64,000 nt of DNA from an uncultured Geobacter sp. (GTDB lineage Bacteria > Desulfobacterota > Desulfuromonadia > Geobacterales > Pseudopelobacteraceae). Below the pieces are notes generated by a model. The model did no database searches and had not been told where the DNA came from. It was given only the letters and a program-made list of their open reading frames with translations. Positions 10,251 through 18,892 of this stretch are shown here, one piece after another. Every line of letters begins with the position of its first letter. Position 1 is the stretch's first letter. Position numbers and translations under genes: made by a program. The stretch lies in the NCBI GenBank assembly GCA_964619855.1, contig CAZUGI010000002.1, positions 1,159 through 65,158 on the forward strand, read 5' to 3'.

Positions 10251-11912
10251 TTAATCAGCAGATGTTATAGCCCCGGTATGCGCCGAAGTCACAACTTTTG
10301 CGTAACGAGCCAGCCAACCTGATTTTATCTTGGGCTGGGGTACCTGCCACTTTGACCTGCGCAGAGCCAGTGTGGCTTCATCAACCAGCAGCTCCAGACG
10401 GCGGGCCGGTATATCCAGCGAAATCCTGTCACCATCGGCCACCAGTGCTATCGGACCGCCTTCGGCGGCCTCGGGCGAAATATGGCCGATACAGGGCCCG
10501 CGTGTACCACCCGAAAAACGACCGTCGGTGATAAGTGCAACCGAATCACCCAGACCAAGACCCATTATTGCCGCAGTAGGGGCCAGCATCTCCCGCATTC
10601 CCGGGCCGCCTTTGGGGCCCTCGTATCGGATTACAACCACATCACCGGCTTTAATACTGCCATCCATGATGGCCGCCATGGCAGCCTCCTCGGCATCAAA
10701 GCAACGGGCGGTACCTTCGAACTTCATCATCGCCGCAGAAACACCTGACTGTTTAACAACGGCACCTTTGGGAGCAATATTGCCGTACAGTACGGCAATG
10801 CCACCCTCTTTCTTGATCGGGTCAGCAAGTGAGTGGATAACATCATCGTCAACATTTTGGACGCTTTCAGCCAACTGATGAGTGGTCAATCCGAAGAGTG
10901 TCTGAGTGTCTTTAATCTTGCTACCCAACTGTTTGAACACTCCACTCACGCCCCCGGCAGTGTCAAGATCCTCCATAAAGTGTTCACCGGCCGGATTCAT
11001 AGAAGCCAGCTGCGGCGTATCTTTGCCGAGAACATCGAACAGTTCCAGTGGCAGGTCCACTCCGGCCTCATGAGCGATTGCCAGCAGATGCAGCACCGTG
11101 TTGGAGGAGCCACCCAGCGCCAGATCTACGCGAATGGCATTCTCAAAGGCGGCGCGGGTCATGATGCTGCGTGGAGTAATATTATTGTGAACGAGTTCGA
11201 CGATCTTTTCACCGGAAGCAAACGCAATCCGCCGCTTTAAAGCCGATACGGCCAGCGCTGTACCGCAGCGCGGCAGACTCATGCCCATGGTTTCGGTCAG
11301 AATAGCCATGGTATTGGCCGTAAAGAGACCCTGACAGGAACCCATGCCGGGGCAGGCGTTATCCTCGCAGACCTGTAGTTCCTTATCGTTGATCACCCCG
11401 GCCTTGTAACGGGCCATAGCTTCAAATGTATCCGAGACAAATGAAAACTTGCGGCCGGCCTGGCCGCGGCCACTCAACATCGGACCGGCAGTCACAACTA
11501 TACAGGGTATATCCAGCCGGGCGGCTGCCATCAGCATGCCGGGCGTGATTTTGTCACAATTGGTCAGCAGCACGAGGCCATCCAGACGATGCGCTTCGGC
11601 AACAGACTCAACCATATCTGCTATCAATTCTCGGGTCGGCAGGGAATAGTGCATTCCTTTATGGCCCATGGCCATTCCGTCACATACACCCGGAATACCG
11701 AAGAAAAAGGCATAACCGCCGCCGGAATGAACACCTTTTTCAATGAAACGCTCCAGATCACGCATACCCACATGGCCTGGAATAAGGTCGGTGAAACTGG
11801 TTGCCACACCGATGAAAGGCTTGTCCATCTGGCTCTGCGGCACACCGGTCCCTTTTAAAAGCGCCCTATGCGGGGTGCGCTCCAGCCCCTGCTTGATCAA
11901 ATCACTGCGCAT
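10251..11912 (-). CDS. ilvD: dihydroxy-acid dehydratase
   Basis: 553 aa. [27 protein letters not shown] (Fe-S ligands), [22 protein letters not shown]. Confidence 0.97.
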   Translation of the reverse strand: MRSDLIKQGLERTPHRALLKGTGVPQSQMDKPFIGVATSFTDLIPGHVGMRDLERFIEKGVHSGGGYAFFFGIPGVCDGMAMGHKGMHYSLPTRELIADMVESVAEAHRLDGLVLLTNCDKITPGMLMAAARLDIPCIVVTAGPMLSGRGQAGRKFSFVSDTFEAMARYKAGVINDKELQVCEDNACPGMGSCQGLFTANTMAILTETMGMSLPRCGTALAVSALKRRIAFASGEKIVELVHNNITPRSIMTRAAFENAIRVDLALGGSSNTVLHLLAIAHEAGVDLPLELFDVLGKDTPQLASMNPAGEHFMEDLDTAGGVSGVFKQLGSKIKDTQTLFGLTTHQLAESVQNVDDDVIHSLADPIKKEGGIAVLYGNIAPKGAVVKQSGVSAAMMKFEGTARCFDAEEAAMAAIMDGSIKAGDVVVIRYEGPKGGPGMREMLAPTAAIMGLGLGDSVALITDGRFSGGTRGPCIGHISPEAAEGGPIALVADGDRISLDIPARRLELLVDEATLALRRSKWQVPQPKIKSGWLARYAKVVTSAHTGAITSAD

Positions 11913-12023
11913 ATTCAGGTTTATCCTTTTGGTTCAAATTGATTCGAATTTTATAAAGCACCGTTAAACAGCCAATTGATGGCTGTTGATGGGTCGCAAA
12001 GATAATGCATTAACCGGAATGTG

Positions 12024-12509
12024 TCAACCGGAATGCCGTGGAATATTCCTGTTGCGAATCGTCAGCCCCTTCAAAAAGTTCCTGAGGAACTGGTCGCCGC
12101 ATACCTTATAATTCTTATGTCCGGTATTTCTGAACAGTGCACTGAGCTCGGATTTTGAAATAGCAATATCAACCAGTTGCATGATGGATATCATATCTTC
12201 TTCCTTCAACTCCAGTGCAATCCTCAGTTTTTTCAAAATTGCGTTGTTATTGAGAGCAGCCTCATTTTGTGAGGAAGATCCAGACCGTGACTCCTTAGCC
12301 CCCCGTTTCTGAATTATCAATCCATCCAGAAAAAGACACATCAGAGCAGAACTGCACTCTGTATAGCCGGCTTCGTCCTCCTTTTTAAGGAGAGCGCCCA
12401 AAGCGGATTGATCAATGTCGTGATCTGACTGCCTGAAAATTGAGATCATTGCCGGATCACTTATATCCAGAGCGTAGCGAAGTCGTCGTAATATATCGTT
12501 ATTTGTCAA
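12024..12509 (-). CDS. DUF1456 (YehS-like) family protein, two internal repeats
   Basis: Two visible repeats: NDILRRLRYALDISD...ECSSALMCLFLDGLIIQKRG and NAILKKLRIALELKE...VCGDQFLRNFLKGLTIRNR. They match my recollection of E. coli YehS architecture. Confidence 0.55.
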   Translation of the reverse strand: MTNNDILRRLRYALDISDPAMISIFRQSDHDIDQSALGALLKKEDEAGYTECSSALMCLFLDGLIIQKRGAKESRSGSSSQNEAALNNNAILKKLRIALELKEEDMISIMQLVDIAISKSELSALFRNTGHKNYKVCGDQFLRNFLKGLTIRNRNIPRHSG

Positions 12510-12566
12510 GACAGCTCCTGATACCGCACTCTCTCCAGAGAAAGAAAATTCTGGCTATGAGAGACG

Positions 12567-12803
12567 TCACTTTGATCCCGCGTCCTTGCGGACCAATTCG
12601 ACAATATTCCGGTACAGCTCATCACCGTCCCTGCCGGTAACCTTTTGTTTGTCAACAGTGGCTGTGGGCATTTCACGACAGGAACCGCACTGTTTGATAC
12701 AATCTTTGATCTTGATATTCAAATCGGGAAAATCTTCCTGAAGCCGCCGGAAAACTTTCCCCTTGCCTTTGTTCTTTTCGCAGAACCGGATCTTGGTGGC
12801 CAT
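12567..12803 (-). CDS. small Cys-containing protein, DUF1450-like
   Basis: 78 aa. The pattern FC..N...(L)...C..QCGSC...P.A.V....V.G....EL...I resembles Bacillus DUF1450 proteins. It begins 3 nt after the ferritin stop. Confidence 0.45.
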   Translation of the reverse strand: MATKIRFCEKNKGKGKVFRRLQEDFPDLNIKIKDCIKQCGSCREMPTATVDKQKVTGRDGDELYRNIVELVRKDAGSK

Positions 12804-12806
12804 TAT

Positions 12807-13328
12807 CTACACCGCCAGAGGAGAGCCCACCGGAGCGACAAAAACCCGCTGAGCCATTTCGGCATCCACCATCAGAATGCCGTGCCCGTTGTCTCCAACC
12901 AGCTTAAGTTTCGCGATAAGATCACGGTCGTTGTTCTCTTCCTCAATCTGCTCTGTGACAAACCACTGCAGGAATATCTGGGTTGCATGGTCCTTCTCCC
13001 CCACAGCCTGCTCGCTTAATTCATTGATACATTTGGTAATAAGCTGTTCATGGGCCAGTGTTTTCTGAAACATCTCCAGCAGAGACTTGTATTTGTTGGG
13101 CACAGCCTTACTGGCAAGCAGAGTAATAATTACGCCCTGATCCGTCAGATAGCTATAGAACTTCATGAAATGAACCATCTCTTCGCGATACTGAACAAAG
13201 AACCAGTTGGCGGCACCCTTCAAACCTTTTTCATTGGCGCAGGATGACATTGCCAGATACAGATGAGCAGAATAGAGCTCCAGATTCATATGTGTGTTGA
13301 GGGCGTCTGACATTTTCTTGCTGATCAT
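12807..13328 (-). CDS. ftn: non-haem ferritin
   Basis: LNTHMNLELYSAHLYLAMSS, FFVQYREEMVHFMKFYSYL and TLAHEQLIT supply the ferroxidase-centre Glu/His ladder of bacterial Ftn; 173 aa. Confidence 0.85.
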   Translation of the reverse strand: MISKKMSDALNTHMNLELYSAHLYLAMSSCANEKGLKGAANWFFVQYREEMVHFMKFYSYLTDQGVIITLLASKAVPNKYKSLLEMFQKTLAHEQLITKCINELSEQAVGEKDHATQIFLQWFVTEQIEEENNDRDLIAKLKLVGDNGHGILMVDAEMAQRVFVAPVGSPLAV

Positions 13329-13397
13329 AATTGTAGCCTCCTTTGTGTATTATTTATTTACTATAAACCAAAAAAAGACTTTTTCAATCCTGAATGA

Positions 13398-14180
13398 TCA
13401 GACTACGAGTTTTTTGCGAGAGAGCAAATACACCATTAAGCTTCCCAGAAGAAACATCGGCAGACTCAGTAATTGTCCCATGGAAAACAAACCGAAGAAG
13501 ATTCCCAGCTGGGCATCCGGTTGTCTGAAAAACTCCACCATAAAACGAAACAGTCCATAGCCCGCGCATGCAGTACAGGCAACGACACCGTTTACATCAG
13601 TTTTTCTTGATACAAACCTTACAATAAAAAACAAAACCAGGCCTTCCAGAAAAGCTTCGTAGATTTGAGATGGATGCCTTGGCAGGCCATCGCTGCCCGG
13701 AAATATCATTCCCCATGGCACATCAGTCGGACGTCCGTATAATTCCGCATTTATGAAATTCCCGATCCGGCCGAATCCAAGACCGACCGGAGCACAGAGG
13801 CCTGCCATGTCAATCAGCCCCAGATAGGGAAATTTCTTGCGGCGGGCATAAAGCATGACCGCCAGCAGAACACCCAGGAAACCGCCGTGGAAGGACATGC
13901 CACCTTCCCAGACTGCAAAGAGCTTTAACGGGTTGGACAGATAAAATTCCAGGTTGTAGAACAGGATATAGCCAAGCCGACCTCCCAGCACGACACCCAT
14001 GGCACCGTAGAAAACGAGATCGGCTACATCATCGGTCGTCCAGGGCAGTTTTTTTCTGCTGACTTCAGACCTGATGATGAGATAGGAGGAAAGGAAGGCC
14101 AGAACGTACATCAGCCCGTACCAGCGAAACTGGAGCGGGCCGATGCTGAGAAAAACCGGGTCTATGTTTGGAAAATGCAT
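13398..14180 (-). CDS. lgt: prolipoprotein diacylglyceryl transferase
   Basis: IGPLQFRWYGLMY, WEGGMSFHGG, GR.GNF.N.EL.GRPT..PWGM.FP, HPSQ.YE; 260 aa polytopic membrane protein. Confidence 0.95.
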   Translation of the reverse strand: MHFPNIDPVFLSIGPLQFRWYGLMYVLAFLSSYLIIRSEVSRKKLPWTTDDVADLVFYGAMGVVLGGRLGYILFYNLEFYLSNPLKLFAVWEGGMSFHGGFLGVLLAVMLYARRKKFPYLGLIDMAGLCAPVGLGFGRIGNFINAELYGRPTDVPWGMIFPGSDGLPRHPSQIYEAFLEGLVLFFIVRFVSRKTDVNGVVACTACAGYGLFRFMVEFFRQPDAQLGIFFGLFSMGQLLSLPMFLLGSLMVYLLSRKKLVV

Positions 14181-14196
14181 GAAGAGTCAGCCGTTT

Positions 14197-15822
14197 TTAG
14201 ATGCCGCAGCCGCAACTGCGCGGACAGCTTCCCATCCGCATATGCACAGCCTTTATAAAGGTTGCATCGGTGGCGGCCTTAATTTCATGTACTACATTAT
14301 CAGGCACTGCAGAATCGAGCGAAAGGATTACCATGGCCTCATCCTTTTTAACGCTGCGACCCAGGTTCATGGAGGCGATATTAATGTCATGCTGCCCCAT
14401 GATGGTGCCTATTTTCCCGATCATGCCGGGACGGTCGCCGTAGTGCAGCAGGAGCATATGCTCTTCCGGGCTGAAATCCATGGTGTAATCACGCAAACGA
14501 ACGATACGGGGAGCACCTTCGAACAGCGTACCGGAGATCAGCTTGCGAGTCCCACCTGCTTCAATAACCAGAGTGATCACATTTGAAAAAGCATCCGCAT
14601 GGGTTGATTTGGTTTCCTCAACCGTTATGCCCATCTGTTCGGCAATCAGAGAAGCATTAACCATATTCACGTCCTGATCGACCATCCGGTTCAAAAGTGC
14701 AGACAGGCCACAGACCGTCAGAGGCGAGCAATCATAATGTGCTATGCTTCCGGCAAAACCGAAGGTAACCTTCTCGATATTTTTTTCCACAAGCTGAATG
14801 CCAAAATCACTCATGACACTCATCAGGTTGAGGAACGGACGCATCTGATCCATCAGGGCCAGATCAAAGCGCGGTATATTGACAGCATTTTCAAGCGGCT
14901 GATCATCGAGATAATTGATGATTTCCCTTGATACATCGATGGCTACATTGACCTGGGCTTCAAAGGTATTGGCACCCAAGTGAGGTGTCACCACAAGATT
15001 TTTGTGACCTATCAGCTTTTTGAGAAGATCAGTAACTGGCGGCTCTTCACTCCAGACATCTACGGCTCCGCCGACTACTTTACCGGATTCGAGATTATCC
15101 AGAAGAGCCTGTTCATCGATGATGCCACCTCGTGCCACGTTAAGCATGATAACTCCGCTCTTCATAAGCCCAAACTCGCGCGGCCCCACCATCCCTCTGG
15201 TTTCTTCGTTGAGCGGAGTGTGTACTGTTATGACGTCGCAATTTTTATAAATTTCATCGTGAGAAACAAGCTTGACTCCCAGATCATGAGCCCGCTTTAC
15301 GGAAATGTACGGATCGCAGGCCAGCACTTCACATTCAAAAGCTTTGAGGCGGGTCGCCACCCGACCGCCAACCTTGCCAAGACCGATCACACCAGCTGTT
15401 TTTCCCTTCAGTTCATGGCCGGTAAATGGTGCCCGCTTCCATTCGCCCGATTTGAGGCTGGCGTTGGCCACCGTAACATTCCGACAGAAGGAAAGCAAAA
15501 GAGCCATGGTGTGTTCGGCGGCACTGTTGGTATTGCCAAAGGGGGCATTTACAACGATCACCCCTTTGGAGCTGGCATAATCGACGTCAACATTGTCAAT
15601 ACCGACTCCGGCACGGGCGACGATTTTAAGCTTCCTGGCTGCGTCCAGCAGATCCCGGTCAACATTGGTTCCACTGCGGGTGATGATAGCGTCATACTCT
15701 CCTATTGTTGCCAGCAGCTCATCTTTTTTCAATCCCAGCTTTACATCCAGCTGAATACGTGGCTCCTGGGTCAGGAGAGCCAGCCCTTCAGCCGATACTT
15801 CATCGGTAACTATAATCTTCAT
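14197..15822 (-). CDS. serA: D-3-phosphoglycerate dehydrogenase, long type with C-terminal ASB/ACT domains
   Basis: 541 aa. GVIGLGKVGGRVA (NAD fold), the catalytic R..E..H region (NVARGGIID, TPHLGA) and a C-terminal ACT-like segment. Ends in a short Cys-rich tail GSCPRSCGCGI. Confidence 0.93.
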   Translation of the reverse strand: MKIIVTDEVSAEGLALLTQEPRIQLDVKLGLKKDELLATIGEYDAIITRSGTNVDRDLLDAARKLKIVARAGVGIDNVDVDYASSKGVIVVNAPFGNTNSAAEHTMALLLSFCRNVTVANASLKSGEWKRAPFTGHELKGKTAGVIGLGKVGGRVATRLKAFECEVLACDPYISVKRAHDLGVKLVSHDEIYKNCDVITVHTPLNEETRGMVGPREFGLMKSGVIMLNVARGGIIDEQALLDNLESGKVVGGAVDVWSEEPPVTDLLKKLIGHKNLVVTPHLGANTFEAQVNVAIDVSREIINYLDDQPLENAVNIPRFDLALMDQMRPFLNLMSVMSDFGIQLVEKNIEKVTFGFAGSIAHYDCSPLTVCGLSALLNRMVDQDVNMVNASLIAEQMGITVEETKSTHADAFSNVITLVIEAGGTRKLISGTLFEGAPRIVRLRDYTMDFSPEEHMLLLHYGDRPGMIGKIGTIMGQHDINIASMNLGRSVKKDEAMVILSLDSAVPDNVVHEIKAATDATFIKAVHMRMGSCPRSCGCGI

Positions 15823-15904
15823 TGCATATCTCCACCTTCAACGATATTTGTCCCGGCATACTAGCCCCGCCGTGGAAAAAAAGCAAGCACAGTAGAGGAC
15901 AATA

Positions 15905-16387
15905 ATGGTATACATTCTGCCCATGGAGCCATTTCATATCGTACTGATAGAACCTGAGATACCACCAAATACCGGCAATATTGCCCGCCTTTGCGCCGCG
16001 ACCGGCTCGGTGCTGCATCTTGTCGGCCAGCTTGGTTTCTCGATAGATGACCGGTATCTGAGAAGAGCCGGGCTTGACTACTGGGAATCTGTCACCCTCC
16101 GGCAATGGCCGGATCTTGATGCGCTTAAGGCATCTGCTCCTGAAGGCCGATTCTTCTATCTAAGCACGAAGGTTTCCCGCAGCTATCTGCAAGCCGGTTT
16201 CAAGCCGGGGGATTATATCGTTTTTGGCAAGGAGACCAAAGGACTGCCGGCCGAACTGCTGGATGCCAACCCGGAGACATCCATAACTATTCCGATGCCG
16301 GCCGAAAAGGTTCGCAGCCTGAATCTTTCGACATCGGCCGGAATTGTCTTATACGAAGCGTTGAGACAGGTCGAAAGGATAAGTTAA
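15905..16387 (+). CDS. trmL: tRNA (cytidine/uridine-2'-O)-methyltransferase TrmL (SpoU/TrmH family)
   Basis: HIVLIEPEIPPNTGNIARLCAATG, FGKETKGLP and LNLSTSAGIVLYEALRQ form the SPOUT knot motifs. The start may be the ATG at 15923. Confidence 0.85.
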   Translation: MVYILPMEPFHIVLIEPEIPPNTGNIARLCAATGSVLHLVGQLGFSIDDRYLRRAGLDYWESVTLRQWPDLDALKASAPEGRFFYLSTKVSRSYLQAGFKPGDYIVFGKETKGLPAELLDANPETSITIPMPAEKVRSLNLSTSAGIVLYEALRQVERIS

Positions 16388-16767
16388 TGCTGGCGCGTGC
16401 TGTCATCTGGATGAATCTGGCACTCATCTTCTACACCTGGGCTGTTTTCAGCGGCCGCAGACAGGGGCTGCATCCGAAACATCTGGCCATTTTCGGAATC
16501 GGTCTGGCATGCGACTTTCTGGGTACTCAGCAGATGAATCTGGTGGCCCGGATGTACGGGAAAGCACCGGAATGGCACAATGTTACCGGCATTGCCTCGC
16601 TGGCAGGCATGGGCTTCCACTTCCTGCTGGCATTGACCGCATCCCTCATGCATCGTGCTGAAGCCGTAAACACTCTCTTTCATCGTATCAGCCTGACGAT
16701 CTATACCTGCTGGCTGATTGCATTTGTCAGCGGTGCTGTCTCTGGCATGATGCGTTTTAAGGGGTAA
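16387..16767 (+). CDS. small integral membrane protein, unknown function
   Basis: 126 aa with about 4 hydrophobic helices. The ATG overlaps the trmL stop (TAATG), and truD starts 2 nt after its own stop. Confidence 0.5.
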   Translation: MLARAVIWMNLALIFYTWAVFSGRRQGLHPKHLAIFGIGLACDFLGTQQMNLVARMYGKAPEWHNVTGIASLAGMGFHFLLALTASLMHRAEAVNTLFHRISLTIYTCWLIAFVSGAVSGMMRFKG

Positions 16768-16768
16768 T

Positions 16769-17968
16769 ATGATTCATCCTTACCTGACCAGCCACATTCC
16801 CGGAGTCGGCGGAACAATCAAAGAGACGCCCGACGACTTCATCGTTGAGGAAATCCCATCCTACCTCCCCTGCGGTTCCGGCGAGCATTGCTATCTGGTA
16901 ATCGAGAAACGTGGCATGACAACCCTGGAGGCGATACGAAGGATTGCAAACGGTCTGAAAGTACCGGAGCGCGAAATAGGCTACGCCGGCATGAAGGACG
17001 CCGTTGGTGTCACCCGCCAGACGATATCAATCCAGCGAATTACTCCTGAGAAGGCAGTGGCGCTTGAGCTGGCCGGAATCCAGATCCTATCCTCCGCCCG
17101 TCACACCAACAAACTCAAGCTCGGCCACCTTAAAGGCAATCGGTTTCAGATCACTGTCAGGGGCGTGGCAGAAAATTCAGAAAATACCATTCAATCAATT
17201 CTTGAGATTCTTCAGAAACGAGGAGTGCCAAATTACTTCGGTCCGCAACGTTACGGTTCCCAGCACAATTCTCACCTGATCGGCTTAGCCATGCTGAAAT
17301 GTAATTGGAAGGAGGCCGTTGATGCCCTGATCGGTCAACCGGAACTGTTGCGTGATGAACAGTGGAGAATGGCAATCAACGCCTACCGGTTGGGCGATAT
17401 AAATACCGCTTTACAGCTTTTTCCGCGCCATTGCAAAAGTGAGCGGGAGGTATTGCTGCGCCTGTCCGCCAGGCCGGGTGAATTTGAAAAAGCCTTTAGC
17501 GTTATCCATCCACGTTTGAAAAAACTATACCTGTCGGCCTGTCAGTCCTTCCTGTTCGATAAAATTGTTGAAAAGCGCCTGAAGAATATTGATGGTTTAG
17601 TAGATGGTGATCTGGCCTGGAAGCATATCAACGGGGCCTGTTTTACAGTGGAATGCGCGGAGGATGAAGCACACCGGACGCTCGGATTCGAGGTATCAGC
17701 CACCGGCCCGATGTTCGGCAGTACAATGAAGCATGCTGGCGGAGTCGTACGATTAATCGAAAATCAGATACTGGCGGAGGAGGGTATAGATGCGGAGATA
17801 TTCATAAACGGCTCCACTCTGAAGCTTGAAGGAGAAAGGCGCCCCTTGCGGGTGCCGCTGTGCGGAGCACACTTCAAAATGAGTGGTGATGTGCTGGTTC
17901 TTGAGTTCGAACTGCCAAAAGGTTCCTATGCCACCTCAGTAGTTAGGGAAATAACAAAGAGTTTCTGA
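16769..17968 (+). CDS. truD: tRNA pseudouridine(13) synthase
   Basis: FIVEE, GEH....EKRG.TT, GYAGMKD..(A)VT.Q (catalytic Asp), NYFG.QR(F/Y)G; 399 aa. Confidence 0.9.
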   Translation: MIHPYLTSHIPGVGGTIKETPDDFIVEEIPSYLPCGSGEHCYLVIEKRGMTTLEAIRRIANGLKVPEREIGYAGMKDAVGVTRQTISIQRITPEKAVALELAGIQILSSARHTNKLKLGHLKGNRFQITVRGVAENSENTIQSILEILQKRGVPNYFGPQRYGSQHNSHLIGLAMLKCNWKEAVDALIGQPELLRDEQWRMAINAYRLGDINTALQLFPRHCKSEREVLLRLSARPGEFEKAFSVIHPRLKKLYLSACQSFLFDKIVEKRLKNIDGLVDGDLAWKHINGACFTVECAEDEAHRTLGFEVSATGPMFGSTMKHAGGVVRLIENQILAEEGIDAEIFINGSTLKLEGERRPLRVPLCGAHFKMSGDVLVLEFELPKGSYATSVVREITKSF

Positions 17969-17995
17969 CCTACGCAGCTTGCCTTCAATAGACTT

Positions 17996-18826
17996 CTACT
18001 GATTCACTTCAAGGGATTCAGTCATAACCGCCCCCAGCTTTGCCAAATCCGAATCGTTCTTCAGCAGTATGCCGAATTCGGTCGGAATTTCTGCTTCACA
18101 GCCATTAGTTGCAAAGCTATTCATATTGAAATTAGTGCTGTTAAAGTTCACAACCTTGACGAGAGCAAGCAGGAAGTCATTCGACCCAGACTCATCGGAA
18201 TGATGTAACGCGACAATATCGCGATATATCTGCGGGATATTCCAGTGATCCATTATCCAGCACCCGAATTCCACATGCATTTCCGAGAATACATTTTGCA
18301 ATACCTGCCGGGAAAGCTCTATTTTCGGGCCAAGTCTTAGCTTGATCCGCTCCAGAGCCTTCAGTAGATAGAGCTTGCCGATATCATGGAGTAGACCGGC
18401 CATGTAGGCATGGTCTGCAAGACTCTGGTGACCGGTTTTTTGGGCAATCCAGCGACATCCTAGTGCACAGGAGTGCGAATGTCTCCAAAGGTCATACATG
18501 ACATCATTTACTATGGGAATACCGGAGATGTGAAGTGAAGCATGTGAAGCTGCTATGGCAAGATTCGCAATCTGCTGCGTTCCCAGACGTATCGCGGAAT
18601 TTTCAATTGTCTCACACCGGCTGCGGCCTGCATATGAAGGGGAATTTGACATTTTAAGGACTTGCGCCGAAAGCGATGGGTCTTCCTTAATTGCCCTGAT
18701 CACACTGAAATAATTAATATCAGACTCGGCAAGTAGCTGAAGAAGGCCCAATGCAACCGTGTTGAAAACCGGGAGCTCATCCGGTTTATCAAATAGGGAA
18801 TCAAGTATATTGCTGTTTTCAATCAT
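17996..18826 (-). CDS. HDOD domain signalling protein
   Basis: The PSLSAQVLKMSNSPSY and GLLHDIGKLYL motifs are typical of HDOD (HD-related output domain); 276 aa. Confidence 0.8.
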   Translation of the reverse strand: MIENSNILDSLFDKPDELPVFNTVALGLLQLLAESDINYFSVIRAIKEDPSLSAQVLKMSNSPSYAGRSRCETIENSAIRLGTQQIANLAIAASHASLHISGIPIVNDVMYDLWRHSHSCALGCRWIAQKTGHQSLADHAYMAGLLHDIGKLYLLKALERIKLRLGPKIELSRQVLQNVFSEMHVEFGCWIMDHWNIPQIYRDIVALHHSDESGSNDFLLALVKVVNFNSTNFNMNSFATNGCEAEIPTEFGILLKNDSDLAKLGAVMTESLEVNQ

Positions 18827-18892
18827 AATAGATCCTTTCAGAAGTGTTTTAAGTTAAATTCAAAGCATCTCCCTAAGGAATTGTGCTCATTT

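Noticed and set aside
12012-12035. The direct repeat AACCGGAATG-tgtc-AACCGGAATG straddles the stop codon of the DUF1456 gene.
   Set aside because: There are only two short copies with no palindromic character or promoter context. It is most likely chance or part of the coding 3' end.
13329-13397. A possible Fur box upstream of the ferritin gene (TGAATGATCA around 13390).
   Set aside because: It matches only half a site against the 19-bp Fur consensus, and it overlaps the lgt 3' end. That is not convincing without a matrix scan.
14197-14240. The Cys-rich C-terminal tail of SerA (GSCPRSCGCGI) as a possible metal site.
   Set aside because: It is short and lies at the extreme C-terminus after the ACT domain. 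It is more simply explained as read-through to the next stop codon. There is no supporting context.
14980-15864. A 294-aa plus-strand ORF antisense to serA.
   Set aside because: serA on the minus strand has unmistakable dehydrogenase motifs. The antisense product has none and looks compositionally like a shadow frame.
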